This document shows, piece by piece, positions 38,600-54,199 of a stretch of 64,000 nucleotides of DNA. The notes under the pieces are model-generated. The model had not been told where the DNA came from and did no database searches. It was given only the letters and a program-made list of their open reading frames with translations. The first letter of the stretch is position 1. Each line of letters begins with the position of its first letter. The position numbers and the translations under genes were made by a program. The stretch covers positions 2,170,001 through 2,234,000 of the forward strand of contig NW_027142063.1 of NCBI RefSeq assembly GCF_036365525.1, written 5' to 3'. The stretch comes from Heterodontus francisci (lineage: Eukaryota).

Positions 38600-40015
38600 A
38601 CATAAAAACACACAAAATAGGAGCAGGAGTAGATCATGTGGCCCGTGGAGCCTGCTCTGCCATTCAGTACCATCATGGATGATCTTAGGCTTCAATTCCA
38701 CTTTCCCGCCTGCTCGCCTTACCCCCTGATTCCCTGAGAGATCAAAAATCTGTCTATCGCAGCTTTACATGTATTCAATGATGGAGCATCCACAATCCTC
38801 TGGAGTAGAAAATTCACAACCCTTTGAGTGAAGTAATTTCTCCTCATCTCAGTTCTAAATGATCAGCTCCTTATCGTGGGACTGTGTCCCCATGTTTTAG
38901 ATTCTCCGACCAGCAGAAACAATCTCTCAGTGTCTCCCCTATCCAGCCCCTTCGGAATTTTGTATGTTTCAATGAGAGAACCTCTCATTCTTCTAAACTC
39001 GAGTGTATAGGCCCAATTTACTCAGCCTCTCATCATAGGACACTCCCCTCATCCCAGGGACTAATTTAGTGAACATTTGCTGCACCGCCTCCAATGCACA
39101 TCTATCCTTTCTTAAGTGTGCAGACCAAAACTTCACACTGTATTCCAGATGTGGTCTCACCGAAATCCTGTACAATTGTAACTCACTTCTTTATTGCTGT
39201 ATTCTAATCCCCTCGCAATAAAGGCCAACACGCCATTTGCCTTCCTCATTGCTTGTTGTACCTGCATGCTAGCTTTCTGTATTCCTTGTACAAGAACACT
39301 CAAGTCTCTTTGAACACCAACACTTACAAGTTTCACACCTTTTATCAAATATTCTACTTTTCTATTCTTATGACCAAAGTGAAGAACGTCACACTTCCCT
39401 ACATTCTCCTCCATCTACCATCTTCTTGCCCACTCACTGAACTTGTCTATATCTCTTTGCAGCCTCTCTATGTCCTCCCACAGCTTCCCTTTGCACCTAC
39501 CTTTGTATCATCAGCAAACTTAGATACATTACTCTCTGTCTCTTCATTGAAGTCATTAATTTAGATTGTAAATAGCTGAGACTCCAGCACTTATCCTTGC
39601 AACACTCCATTATTCACTGCCTGCCAATCTGTTTATACCCAGTCTTTGCTTCCTATCCATTAACCAATCCTTTATCAATGCTAATATATTACCCCCAATT
39701 CCATGAGTCATTATCTTCCCTGTCAACCTTTTGTGTGGCACCTTGCTGAATGTTTTTCAGAAATCCAGGAATACGACTGGTTTCCCTTTACCCTACTCGT
39801 TATATCCTCAAAAAACTCTCATAAATTTGTCAACAAGATTTCCCTTCAGTAAACTCATGTTGACTTGTTTGAATGCTTTTCTCAGTGCATTGTTCAGACT
39901 TCCTGCATTTTCCCAATGACTGATGTGAGGCTAACTGACCTGTAGTTCACAGTTTTCTCTCTCCCTCCTTTCCTGAAAAGCAGTGCAACATCTGCCAACT
40001 TCCAATCTGATGCAA
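38600..40015 (-). mobile_element. Degenerate CR1 LINE 3' part
   Basis: NYRSVSLTSVIGK, VRPHLEYSVKFW and a CR1-type 3' UTR. Confidence 0.8.
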
Positions 40016-40224
40016 ATTTTCTGACCCCCTCCCACACCCACTGCAATATTACACGGAACGGCGGTGGGGAGAAACAGCCTGTCTGCCCGAGGCCAATCAA
40101 GGCCCTTAATTGGCCAATTAACTGCCACTTATGGGCCTCCTCTCTCCGCTGCGGGTATTTTGACCTTGGGTGGCTTGAGCGCGGGGAGGCAGTGCGGCAA
40201 AGGCACCAAGAACCCTGCCTGTTT

Positions 40225-40716
40225 TTTTTATTCATTCATGGGATGTGGGCATCGCTGGCCAGGCCAGCATTTATTACCCATCTCTAATTACCCTTGAGAA
40301 GGTTGTGGTGAGCTGCTTTCTTGAACCGCTGCAGTCCATGTGGGGTAGGTACACCCACAGTGCTGTTTTTATTGACTTCATAGTGGTTAGATACAACTGA
40401 GTGGCTTGCTGGGCCATTTCAGAGGGTATGGAAGAGTCAACCACATCGCTGTGGGTCTGGAGTCACATGTCGGCCAGACCAGGTAAGGACAGCAGATTTC
40501 CTTCCCTAAAGGACATTAGTGACCCAGATGGGGTTTTACAACAATCGACAATGGTTTCATGGCCATCATTAGACTCGCTTTTTAATTCCAGATTTATTAA
40601 TTGAATTCAAATTCCACCTTCTGCTGTGGTGGGATTTGAACCCATGTCCCCAGAGCAATACCCTGGGTCTCTGGGTTACTAGGCCAGTGACAATACCAGT
40701 ACGCCACCGCCTCCCC
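40225..40716 (-). mobile_element. Second tRNA-derived SINE family
   Basis: Minus strand has A box TGGCGTACTGG and B box GGTTCAAATCC; tail ends in (ATGA)n/A-rich sequence shared with the LINE at 11965. Confidence 0.7.
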
Positions 40717-41444
40717 TGGTAATACCAGGCGTCTTTCTTACAGGCTGCGGGGGGTCCTCCTGCTCGGGCTTCCTGTTCCCCATGGAGGGACGCCCTCAAA
40801 GCTCCAACCGCCCCCAATGGACAACACAGCCCCGGACCCCGTAACCAACCCCCCATTGCCTCAGACTTAAAGGTAACATTATATATTCTATCAGAACAGA
40901 CTGAATGACAAATCACATAGCACTCCACAAAACTATAGTGTTAGAGTGAAAGATATTGTCTCAGTTATTTATTGCAGCCTGAGCTACACATTATATGCCA
41001 ATCTAAAAAGTCATACAGTTTCAGACTGAGATACAGTATTTATTCCATAAATGCAAAACGAGCTATATGTTCCACAGGAGTTCATACTATTGAACAAGCC
41101 TGAGCTCTTTTCTCTGAGTGGTCACCTAATAGAAGCATTGAATAATATGAAGGGTTTCGTTCGGGTAGAGGTAGAGATGTTTCCCACTTGTGGTGGAGTT
41201 CAAAGCTGTGAATATGAAATAGTCAGTAATACATTAAATAAATAACTCAGGGGAAACTTCTTTACCCTGCTTTAACAGCACTTGAGCTGATGAACATTGT
41301 TACATTTAACAGCAAACTAAATGATTAAATGAAGCAGAAACAATTCAAGGGATTTGCTGATAGGATTAGATGAAGTAGGGTTCGAGTAAGCTCATTGGAA
41401 CTACCGGCACTTGGGCAGAATGGCCTGTCTCTGTGCTGTAAATA

Positions 41445-43808
41445 AAGAAAAAAGAACAAAGAAAATTACAGCACAGGAACAGGCCCTTCGGCCCTCCAAG
41501 CCTGCGCCGATCCAGATCCTCTATCTAAACCTGTCGCCTATTTTCTAAGGGTCTGTATCTCTTTGCTTCCTGCCCATTCATGTATCTGTCTAGATACATC
41601 TTAAAAGACGCGATCGTGCCCGCGTCTACCACCTCCGCTGGAAACGCGTTCCAGGCACCCACCACCCTCTGCGTAAAGAACTTTCCACGCATATCCCCCC
41701 TAAACTTTTCCCCTCTCACTTTGAACTCGTGACCCCGTGTAATTGAATGCCCCACTCTGGGAAAAAGCTTCTTGCTATCCACCCTGTCTATACCTCTCAT
41801 GATTTTGTACATCTCAATCAGGTCCCCCCTCAACCTCCGTCTTTCTAATGAAAATAATCCTAATCTACTCAACCTCTCTTCATAGCTAGCGCCCTCCATA
41901 CCAGGCAACATCCTGGTGAACCTCCTCTGCACCCTCTCCGAAGCATCTACATCCTTTTGGTAATGTGGCGACCAGAACTGCACGCAGTATTCCAAATGTG
42001 GCCGAATCAAAGTCTGATACAACTGTAACATGACCTGCCAACTCTTGTACTCAATACCCCGTCCGATGAAGGAAAGCATGCCGTATGCCTTCTTGACCAC
42101 TCTATTGACCTGCGTTGCCACCTTGAGGGAACAATGGACCTGAACACCCAAATCTCTCTGGACATCAATTTTCCCCAGGACTTTTCCATTTATTGTATTG
42201 TTCGCTCTTGAATTGGATCTTCCAAAATGCATCACCTCGCATTTGCTCGGATTGAGCTCCATCTGCCATTTCTCTGCCCAACTCTCCAATCTATCTATAT
42301 TCTGCTGTATTCTCTGACAGTCCCCTTCACTATCTGCTACTCCACCAATCTTAGTGTCGTCTGCAAACTTGCTAATCAGACCACCTATATTTTCCTCCAA
42401 ATCATTTATGTATATCACAAACAACAGTGGTCGCAGCAAGGATCCCTGTGGAACACCACTGGTCACACGTCTCCATTTTGAGAAACTCCCTTCCAATGGT
42501 ACTCTCTGTCTCCTGTTGCCCAGCCAGTTCTTTTTCCATCTAGCTAGTACACCCTGGACCTCATGCGACTTCACTTTCTCCATCAACCTATCATGGGGAA
42601 CCTTATCAAACGCCTTACTGAAGTCCATGTATATGACATCTACAGCCCTTCCCTCATCAATCAACTTTGTCACTTCCTCAAAGAATTCTATTAAGTTGGT
42701 AAGACATGACCTTCCCTGCACAAAACCATGTTGCCTATCACTGATAAGCCCATTTTCTTCCAAATGGGAATAGATCCTATCCCTCAGTATCTTCTCCAGC
42801 AGCTTCCCTACCACTGACGTCAGACTCACCGGTCTATAATTACCTGGATTATCCCTGCTACCCTTCTTAAACAAGGGGACAACATTAGCAATTCTCCAGT
42901 CCTCCGGGACCTCACCCGTGTTTAAGGATGCTGCAAAGATATCTGTTAAGGCCCCAGCTATTTCCTCTCTCGCTTCCCTCAGTAACCTGGGATAGATCCC
43001 ATCCGGACCTGTGGAATTGTCCACCTTAATGCCTTTTAGAATACCCAACACTTCCTCCCTCCTTATGCCGACTTGACCTCGAGTAATCAAACATCTATCC
43101 CTAACCTCAACATCCGTCATGTCCCTCTCCTCGGTGAATACCGATGCAAAGTACTCGTTTAGAATCTCACCCATTTTCTCTGACTCCACGTATAATTTTC
43201 CTCCTTTGTCCTTGAGTGGGCCAATCCTTTCTCTGGTTACCCTCTTGCTCCTTATATATGAATAAAAGGCTTTGGGATTTTCCTTAACCCTGTTTGCTAA
43301 AGATATTTCATGACCCCTTTTCGCCCTCTTAATTCCTCATTTCAGATTGGTCCTACATTCCCGATATTCTTCCAAAGCTTCGTCTTTCTTCAGCTGCCTA
43401 GACCTTCTGTATGCTTCCTTTTTCCTCTTAGCTAGTTTCACATTTTCACCTGTCATCCATGGTTCCCTAATCTTGCCATTTCTATCCCTCATTTTCACAG
43501 GAACATTTCTTTCCTGCACGCTTATCAACCTCTCTTTAAAAGCCTCCCACATATCTAATGTGGATTTATTTTCAAACAGCTGCTCCCAATCTACATTCCC
43601 CAGCTCCTGCCGAATTTTGGTGTAGTTGGCCTTCCCCCAATTTAGCACTCTTCCTTTAGGACCACTCTCATCTTTGTCCATGAGTACTCTAAAACTTACG
43701 GAATTGTGATCACTATTCCCAAAGTAGTCCCCTACTGAAACTTCAACAACCTGGCCGGGCTCATTCCCCAACACCAGGTCCAGTATGGCCCCTTCCCAAG
43801 TTGGACTA
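41445..43808 (-). mobile_element. Relatively young 5'-truncated CR1 LINE
   Basis: Endonuclease end (SDHN), RT and (TTCTTTT)n tail. Confidence 0.92.
41525..43189 (-). CDS. CR1 ORF2 reverse transcriptase, open 554-aa segment
   Basis: NYRPVSLTS, QHGF, YMDFSKAFD, GVPQGS and FADD are all in frame; upstream part is broken. Confidence 0.85.
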   Translation of the reverse strand: MESEKMGEILNEYFASVFTEERDMTDVEVRDRCLITRGQVGIRREEVLGILKGIKVDNSTGPDGIYPRLLREAREEIAGALTDIFAASLNTGEVPEDWRIANVVPLFKKGSRDNPGNYRPVSLTSVVGKLLEKILRDRIYSHLEENGLISDRQHGFVQGRSCLTNLIEFFEEVTKLIDEGRAVDVIYMDFSKAFDKVPHDRLMEKVKSHEVQGVLARWKKNWLGNRRQRVPLEGSFSKWRRVTSGVPQGSLLRPLLFVIYINDLEENIGGLISKFADDTKIGGVADSEGDCQRIQQNIDRLESWAEKWQMELNPSKCEVMHFGRSNSRANNTINGKVLGKIDVQRDLGVQVHCSLKVATQVNRVVKKAYGMLSFIGRGIEYKSWQVMLQLYQTLIRPHLEYCVQFWSPHYQKDVDASERVQRRFTRMLPGMEGASYEERLSRLGLFSLERRRLRGDLIEMYKIMRGIDRVDSKKLFPRVGHSITRGHEFKVRGEKFRGDMRGKFFTQRVVGAWNAFPAEVVDAGTIASFKMYLDRYMNGQEAKRYRPLENRRQV

Positions 43809-43854
43809 TTAATACTATGTAATTCTGTGTGGAGTGAATCCAGAATGACAAACT

Positions 43855-44640
43855 AACCCAGAGATTAATGGCTAATGAATGCATCCCACACACAGGCAGT
43901 ACCAGAGACTGACAGATAGTGAACAAAACTCACACACACAGGCAGTACCTGAGACTGACAGATACTGAACAAAGCCCACACTCACAGGCAGTACCTGAGA
44001 CTGACAGATACTGAACAAAACCCACACTCACAGGCAGTACCTGAGACTGACTGATATTGAACAAAACCCACATTCATGGACAGTACCAGAGACTGACAGA
44101 TGTTAAATTCAACCCAAGTTCACAACAGAAACGAATAACTGAGAGATCCAACAGTAATCCAACACTTACATATAATATCAGTGACTTAAAAGTACAAAAT
44201 TAATCGCACACTCAAATACAGTGCATGTGACTGGGATACAGAATGAGTCTATACTGACACATAATACCAGGGAATGACAGATACAGAATGAATCACACAG
44301 TTACATACAGCAACAGGGACATTTTGGCACAGTATGAATCTGACAGTCGTGTACAGAAACAGAGGCTGACAGATATCAAATGAAACCCACACACATCTTC
44401 AGTGACACTGAGAGCTATAACATATATGCCGCATTCATATATAGTACCAGAGATTGACAGATACAAAACGAATTCCACACACACAAACAGTTCCAGAGCC
44501 TTATACATTCAGAGTGAATATGACACTGTGTACCAGAGACTGACCAATGCAGCATGAATCCCTCACTCCCACTCAGTAATAGATACTGACAGCCACAAAT
44601 ACAGAATGATTCTCATTCTCATGTACAGAACAACAGACTG
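43855..44640. repeat. ~40-bp tandem repeat family, partly homogeneous at 43880-44100
   Basis: Repeats of caggcagtacctgagactgacagatactgaacaaaacccacact. Confidence 0.8.
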
Positions 44641-44940
44641 ATTTGCCACAATGTTGTCTCTAATCTTTGGGCAAACTCAGTGCAATAACAACTCATCTCC
44701 ATTCCCAGTATTTCTAAATCCCACCTGTCCTACATAATCTGAACAATTATTGCATGTTGTGACTGACTGTCTGATCTGCAAAACTGCACTGTGTCGCAGA
44801 TTGCTGACATTTGCTAGCTGAAAGGGAGAACTGCAACATAGAAGCAGAAATTGGCACAGTCTGTCAGGGTTAATAAGCAGGTAATGTGAGGTAATACATT
44901 TTGTGCTACACTCATATTGCTTCACATTTTTATACTGCTC

Positions 44941-45230
44941 AGTGGCGCAGTGGTTAGCACTGCAGCCTCACAGCTCCAGGGACCTGGGTTCGATTCTGGG
45001 TATTGTCTGTGCAGAGTTTGCCAGTTCTCCCTGTGACCGCGTGGGTTTTCGGTTTCCTCCCAAAGACTTGCAGGTTGATAGGTAAATTGGCCATTATAAA
45101 TTGCCCCTAGTGTAGGTCGGTGATAGGGAATATGGGATTACTGCAGGGTTAGTATAAATGGATGGTTGTTGGTCAGTACAGACTCGGTGGGCCGAAGGGT
45201 CTATTTCAGTGCTGTATCTCTAAATAAAAT
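44941..45230 (+). mobile_element. tRNA-derived SINE (HE1-like)
   Basis: AGTGGCGCAGTGGTTAGC...GGTTCGATTC head, (TAAA)n tail. Confidence 0.85.
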
Positions 45231-45704
45231 ACATAAAAGTAATCAATTCTTAATCAAAGTGTTTGACTGCATTGATCTGATATTTGTAAATGTGCCCTGT
45301 TATATATTACACTCCATTGAGCAGTATTTCTGTCTGATTTTTCAGGATACTATTTGCATTACTTCAAATAAAGAAAACATAACTACACAAAGAACTGAGC
45401 ACAATGCTGAAAATTTCACAGCAAACATTCAAAAGGGAAAGAGAGAACATATAGAAAGAAAAAAAGCTAAAATTCTGGAAACACTCAGCCAGTCCGGAAA
45501 CAACTGTGGAGAAAAGAAGCTCGGGTTAATTGTCCAGTTCTGTGACCCTTCTATGGACCTGAAACATTGCCCCTACCTTCTTCTCTCCACACATGCTTCT
45601 GGAACTGCTGAGTGTTTCTAGCACCTTCTGTTATTCAGATTTCTAGCGACTGCAGTATTTCTCTTTTTGAAGAATAAAACAATCCCTGGGAAGGAATGGA
45701 AGTT

Positions 45705-46915
45705 TACATAAGAAATAAGAGCAGGAGTGGCCACTCTGCCCATCGAAATAGTTCCACCATTCAATAAGATAACAGCTGTTCTCATACCTCAACTCCATCT
45801 TACCACACTGGCAGAGCCCCCTTGATTCCCTTAGTATCCAAAAACCTATCGATCTCTCTCTTGGATATACCCAATGATTGAGCATCCAGAGCTCTCTGGG
45901 ATAGAGAATTCCAAAGATTCATCACCCTTTGACTGAATAAAAATCTCCTCTTCTCAGTTAAATATGACCAAGCCCTTTATACTGAGACTGTAACCTTTCA
46001 TTCTAGATTGCCCAGCTAGAGGAAACATCCAGCATTTACCATGTCAAGCCACTAAGCTTTTTATGTGCCAGGGAGATTACCTCTCACTCTTCTGAATTCT
46101 AGGGAATAGAGGCCTAGTCTATTCAATCTCTTCTCGTAGGACAATCCCCTCATCCTAGGAAGAAGTCTACTGACACATCTCTGCACTCCCTCTCAGGCAA
46201 GTATACCCTTCCTTAGATAAGTGGACCAAAACTGCACAGCTGTCCAAGTGTGATCTCACCAAGGCCTGTATAATTGCAATAAATACTCCTACTCTAATCT
46301 CTTTGCAATAAAGACAAACATATCTTTGCATCTTCCTCACAGTATACTTTGCCACCTCACTTTATATCATCAGCAAACATGGATAACATTGCATTCGGTC
46401 ACCTCATCTAAGTCATTGATACAGAATGTAAATAACTGAGTCCCGAGCACCAATCCTTGCAGTACCCAACTACTTACAGCTTTCCCAGAGAAAATGATCC
46501 CTACTCTTTGTTTTTTGTCTATTAACAATTACTCAATCTATACTAATATATTATCCCCAAATTGCATGGGACCTACATTGGTGTAATAACCTCTTGTTTG
46601 ATAACTTATTGAATGCTTTTTGACAATCCAAACAGACTACATCCACTGGTTCCCCTTATCTGCCCTGGCAGTTACAACCTCTCCATATTCTAATAATTTA
46701 TCATTGACAATTTCCTTTTAATAAATCCATGTTGACTCTGCCCAACCATATTCTGATATTCCACATCACCCTTTACCACGTCTGTAATAATAGATTGTAG
46801 CATATTACCCATTGCTGATGTCAGGCAAACTGGCCTCCAGTTCCTTGCTTTCTCTCTCCTTCCTTTCTTGAATAGTGCGGATATGTTTGTTACCCTCCAA
46901 TCCACAGCTTCTAGA
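45705..46915 (-). mobile_element. Old CR1 LINE fragment
   Basis: NWRPVCLTS, QHGF and LVRSHLD motifs. Confidence 0.75.
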
Positions 46916-47201
46916 GTCCAGGAATTGTTATTTTTATAAGGAATGGGAATAGCTGTGGGAAAATGAATCTGAGTAATTCTATTCTGAGTCCACTGTATGA
47001 TTCAGGTCAAATAATAATTATCAATGAAAAGGAGTAAAATCAAAGTTCAATTGAACTTTAATTTGAAGGAAATCAGTGTTGGAAATATGTTTATTCAAAT
47101 TATACACTTCTTGGTTTGGGAAACAAAATTCCTTTGAGACAGTACCCAACTCAGTTCCTATCTTTCAGTTTCTCATCTGAGGAATTTAAGGAACGCCAAA
47201 C

Positions 47202-47375
47202 TGTCATGGCTGGGAATCAAACCCGGGCACAGCTGCTTGGAAGGTCATTGACCTGAAACATTAACTCTGTTCTCTCTCCACAGATGCTGCCTGACCTGCT
47301 GAGTATTTCCAGCATTTTCTGTTTTTATTCCAGCTGTTTGGAAGGCAGCTATGCTCACTGCTCTAACAGCATCAC
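47202..47375 (-). pseudogene. tRNA-Gly(TCC) pseudogene interrupted by an 86-bp insertion
   Basis: Minus strand reads GTGAGCATAGCTGCCTTCCAA..CAGCTG..CCCGGGTTTGATTCCCAGCCA, resembling tRNA-Gly-TCC. Insert spans 47245-47330 with a 15-bp TSD. Confidence 0.8.
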
Positions 47376-48828
47376 TCACACGGAGCAATATATTGAGTCT
47401 TTCTGTGGATTTTGGGACTTGGCCGCTGTCTTTTGCTTTCTGATGCTATAATCACAGCCAATAAAATACTCAGCTCAGTTCCAGGTGTTTAAAACTGGTG
47501 AACCGAAAGGCGACATGATGAAAAACATTTTTCATGGAGTGAATGATTAGGATCTGGGATGCATTGCCTGATAGGCTGAAGAAGGCAGATTCAATCATAA
47601 CTTTCAAAAGGGAATTGGATAAGTAATTGAAATGAAAAATATGCAGGGCGGAAGAAAGGCCAATAAGCTGGCATGGAATCAATGGGCTGAATGGCCTCCT
47701 ATTGTGTTGTAACTATTCACTGATACTGTGAGTCTAAGACCAAAATTTGATTAAAGACCTGTTTCAGCCTAGTTACTGTTGCAGATCTCAAACAGAGTTT
47801 GGCTGTTTATCAGGGTGTTTCTGAACAGCAATAAATCACAATTTTACAGCACAGAAAGAGTTCATTTGAACAATTGTGCCCGCTCTTTGAACGAATTATC
47901 TAATCAGTTCCACCTCCCTGTCATTTACACATTGCCCTGTAATTTCCCCATCATGTAATGATTCAATTCCCTCAGGAAAGTTATTATTGAATCTGTTTTC
48001 ACCTCCCTTTTCAAGCAGTACATTTCTGATCATCAGAACGCGTGTTAAAATATCACCTCGTCTCCCCCTCTGATTCTTTTAACAATTCTGTGTCCACTGG
48101 TTACAGACCTTTCTGCCAGTGGGAACAGTTCCTCTTAAACCCATTACAATGTAGAACACAACTATTAAATATTACATTAACATCTCTGCTCCAAGAAGAA
48201 TGATTCCAGCTTTGCTATTCTTTCCCGCATCTCTTGAACCATTCTGGTCAATCACCTCTGCACTCTCTCTCAGGCCTTGATATCCCTGCTGAAGTGTGGA
48301 ACCTAGAATTAGAAATGCTCCAGCTCAGGCCGATAACTAGTGATTTAATTTATAAAAGTTCAGCATAAACTCCTTGTTTGTGACCCGAATTCCCATTTCT
48401 GGTTTCTAACCCAGTGACGGCTCTGAGCTGTTGAAACTGCCTGAATAAATATTTCCGCCCAACAAAGCGCTCAATTTAGAGAGGCCGGAATGTGAGAAGC
48501 TGCTGAAAATAAGGGATCCTCACAGCCAGGCGACATTTCCCGGTGGATTTTTCAATAGAAACTGGGGCTTGAGAGAGCCTTTGGGAAATGTAATTCCTGA
48601 ATGCAGTGAGAGAGTTTGTGATTGGTTGCAGATGTTAAATCTGATTGGATGGCGAAAGAGACCAATTAGAGTATTACAAAATAAAACCATTGTGACATCT
48701 CTCCCAATCACCCAATCACAATCTTTACTTTCCCCCATCCCTCATTAGCATAGAGCTGTGGGATTGTCTATTTAATCCGCACTCGGAAGGGGTTTGGTTT
48801 ATTTCTGTGTCTGAAATTGAAACTGAAG

Positions 48829-49206
48829 ATGGTTGAGGAGAAGAAGAAAGCAGCTGCTAAGAAGGGCGCCAAGAAAACTGTGAGTAAACCGTCAGCAAAG
48901 GGCGGTAAGAAGCGGAGAAAGTCGAAGAAGGAGAGTTACTCCATCTGCATCTACAAAGTGATGAAGCAGGTTCACCCCGACACCGGCATCTCCTCCAAGG
49001 CCATGAGCATCATGAACTCGTTTGTGAACGATATTTTCGAGCGCATCGCGGGCGAGGTTTCCCGCCTGGCCCATTACAACAAGCGCAGCAGCATCAGCTC
49101 CCGGGAGATCCAGACCACCGTGCGCCTGCTACAGCCCGGGGAGCTGGCCAAGCACGCCGTGTCGGAAGGGACAAAGGCGGTGACCAAGTACACCAGCTCC
49201 AAGTAA
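48829..49206 (+). CDS. H2B: Histone H2B, open ORF but probably decaying (Y40C, A77V, T88S, A97T, L102Q; mismatched stem-loop at 49244-49259)
   Basis: Full 125-aa H2B; stem-loop reads GGCTCTTTTAAGAACC. Confidence 0.88.
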   Translation: MVEEKKKAAAKKGAKKTVSKPSAKGGKKRRKSKKESYSICIYKVMKQVHPDTGISSKAMSIMNSFVNDIFERIAGEVSRLAHYNKRSSISSREIQTTVRLLQPGELAKHAVSEGTKAVTKYTSSK

Positions 49207-50028
49207 AACTGCACAATGGACTGAAAAGCATCCCAAACACAACGGCTCTTTTAAGAACCACCCACAATCTCTCTGAAAAAGCTGCATCCGAACATCTCTA
49301 TTAAATCACTTAAAGACAATGTATAATATCATAAGGATCCTACTGCTGTGTTTGCTGTACCTTCAACCTTACAAGAACCCATAATCAGCTCACCCGTCTT
49401 CACCTTTTTGCTTAAAGCTGTTATTGTACTGTTTTTTTTCACAGCCCCTGAATGACCGTATTAATAGCTGCTTTCAGTGTTGAGGGTTAGACCTTAATCC
49501 CTTAATGATTTTATTAACAGCAACTCTCCGCAGTGCAACAACCTGGGATGGGATTATTACAGAGCAGGTTAAGGGCAGTTCCAGAACTCCTTCCGGCTCC
49601 CTCTTTTCACAGAAGGACACTGAGCTCTGATTGAAAACTAAACAATGTTTCACTTCAGGCCAATGCAATGAACAGGTATTTATTCCCACCAGGGACAGTT
49701 TGAAAGCGATTGTAGAATGAGCCACAATTTAAACAACATTTTACAAGTTGAATAAAACAAAATACAGAGAAGGGATTTTAAATTTTTGATGAAGAATTAC
49801 ATTTATTTTAATCCGCTCCTTTCCAGCAATGAAATTGGCGGGCTTTTTGAAATTGAACAATTCTCTGCTTCTGATGTCGTGGTGGGTAAATCCCGCCCTC
49901 TTCTGTTTGTCAGTGACCTGATTGGTGAAGAATATAGGCAAATGAAGTGAATTAGGTCCCGACCATTGAGGAAAATTCTCAGTCTATAAGTAAAGTAAAT
50001 GCTGCGTAAATTAACCATTCTTTGTTAA

Positions 50029-50439
<411 letters not shown>

Positions 50440-50469
50440 AGCGGCCAAAATGTCATCCAATAACCCAAA

Positions 50470-50485
50470 GGCTCTTTTCAGAGCC
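50470..50485 (+). terminator. Histone 3' stem-loop of H2A
   Basis: Canonical GGCTCTTTTCAGAGCC-ACCCA, then HDE-like GAAAGGG. Confidence 0.95.
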
Positions 50486-51263
50486 ACCCACAGTCTCTGT
50501 GAAAGGGCTGTTTATTGTCTAATTCTAGCATGTCAGTATCAGAACAGATTAGGAACTATTTAATATGTTTAAGTAAATATTTCAGTGACTTCTCACTGTC
50601 CCCCTGAAGCCTGTGTGAAGGGGAATTACCCATAGTCTGTAATTTATCACTTCCACACCCAGTTTGAGTTATTGGTCCCTGAAGGATTGCTGAATGGAGT
50701 ATTTTTCCATGGAGTGGGAAATAAATGACAGATTAAAGCTGTGCGTAAAATAGCACCAGGAATTTGTGGCGATAAGAAAGGGTCAAGGTTACGGGAAAAT
50801 ATTTTACCAAAAACTTTAAATAGATTTTCCAGTAATCGCTTCTTTCCGACACTGAAATTGGCGCCTTTTTCGAATTCAAACTGTGTTAGGACGACAATTT
50901 AAGCCAATGATTTGCTGTATTTTCTAATTCGAGGCTCTGCGATTGGTTAAGACATGCGAATGGGAAGAGGGTGACCAATCAGAAGTGAGCGCGGGCTCAA
51001 ACTGCGGGAATTCCAGAGTGATGTGGATTTTCACTGAGGGCATGTGTGGACTGGGGAAATAACTAAGTGTGGAGCCTCAGGCGCTGTTTACACAGCCCGT
51101 TTAGAAACTCAAATCCACTGCACATCCTTGCTGCAATTGAAATGTCAAACTCAGGGATTCCAGGCTTCTACCCGAACACAGCGCAGATTTATTCCAGACA
51201 GTTCTAAACAACCTATCCGATCTCCCGTTTCCAGGTCACTGCTCTCTCTGTGAGGCGGTGGGT

Positions 51264-51279
51264 GGCTCTTGGAAGAGCC
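51264..51279 (-). terminator. Histone 3' stem-loop of H4 (variant loop TCCA)
   Basis: Minus strand reads GGCTCTTCCAAGAGCC-ACCCA. Confidence 0.88.
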
Positions 51280-51313
51280 TTTGTTGTGTGTTTGCAGGAA
51301 AGGGGCTGGTTGT

Positions 51314-53539
<2,226 letters not shown>

Positions 53540-53553
53540 CCTCTGCCTGACAT

Positions 53554-53680
53554 GATAATTCTTCACTCAGGTCACTGCTGGATATGAGAAACAGAATCCT
53601 TCAGGCTCCTTTTTATAGCGGCCGCCCGGACCTGGCTGAGAAGTGCAGTGAGGGGAGGAGACAGAGTGAAGATTAAACAG
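53554..53680 (-). promoter_or_regulatory. H4 promoter and 5' UTR (TATAAAA at 53610-53616; GGTCC H4-type element at 53628-53632)
   Basis: Homologous to 822-950 upstream of the other H4, where the TATA box is degenerate. Confidence 0.75.
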
Positions 53681-54199
53681 AGAGCGGGAGGGGAGGAGAC
53701 ACCCAGAGTGACAGACAGAGAGAGAACGGCCTCTCATCTTTCAGCTCCACCTCCAGTTTCCTCCGGGCTGCCAATTTCAAACCCTTTATTAACAGTAGAA
53801 CCGAAACCCAGCTCTCCACACAAACCCTTCCAGACTCGGCCTTCATAGTCAAAGCTTTCCAGAAAGCCGGTGTTTTTAAATATGATCCTGCTACAATTAA
53901 CACTCAGTAATATTCCCACCAAAACACAGTCCATTCCATAACAAGGAACCTCCTCAGTAACATCACCATTTCCACACACATCCGCTTCCAGCAGTTTACA
54001 AACACCTTATTGCAGCTGTTTGGGGAATCTCCTGTGTTAAGATTGGAGTTGGAAAGTGGCCTTTACCCGGCAGTGTTATCGTCTCACACTGAATCTGCCA
54101 GACATCCTGTTCTCTTTATTGTGAGAGAGAATGCGTGGATTTAGGAAATGTTCATTTGAAATGATCTCTATTGAGAACGAGCCCGGCCGTGGGACAGGT

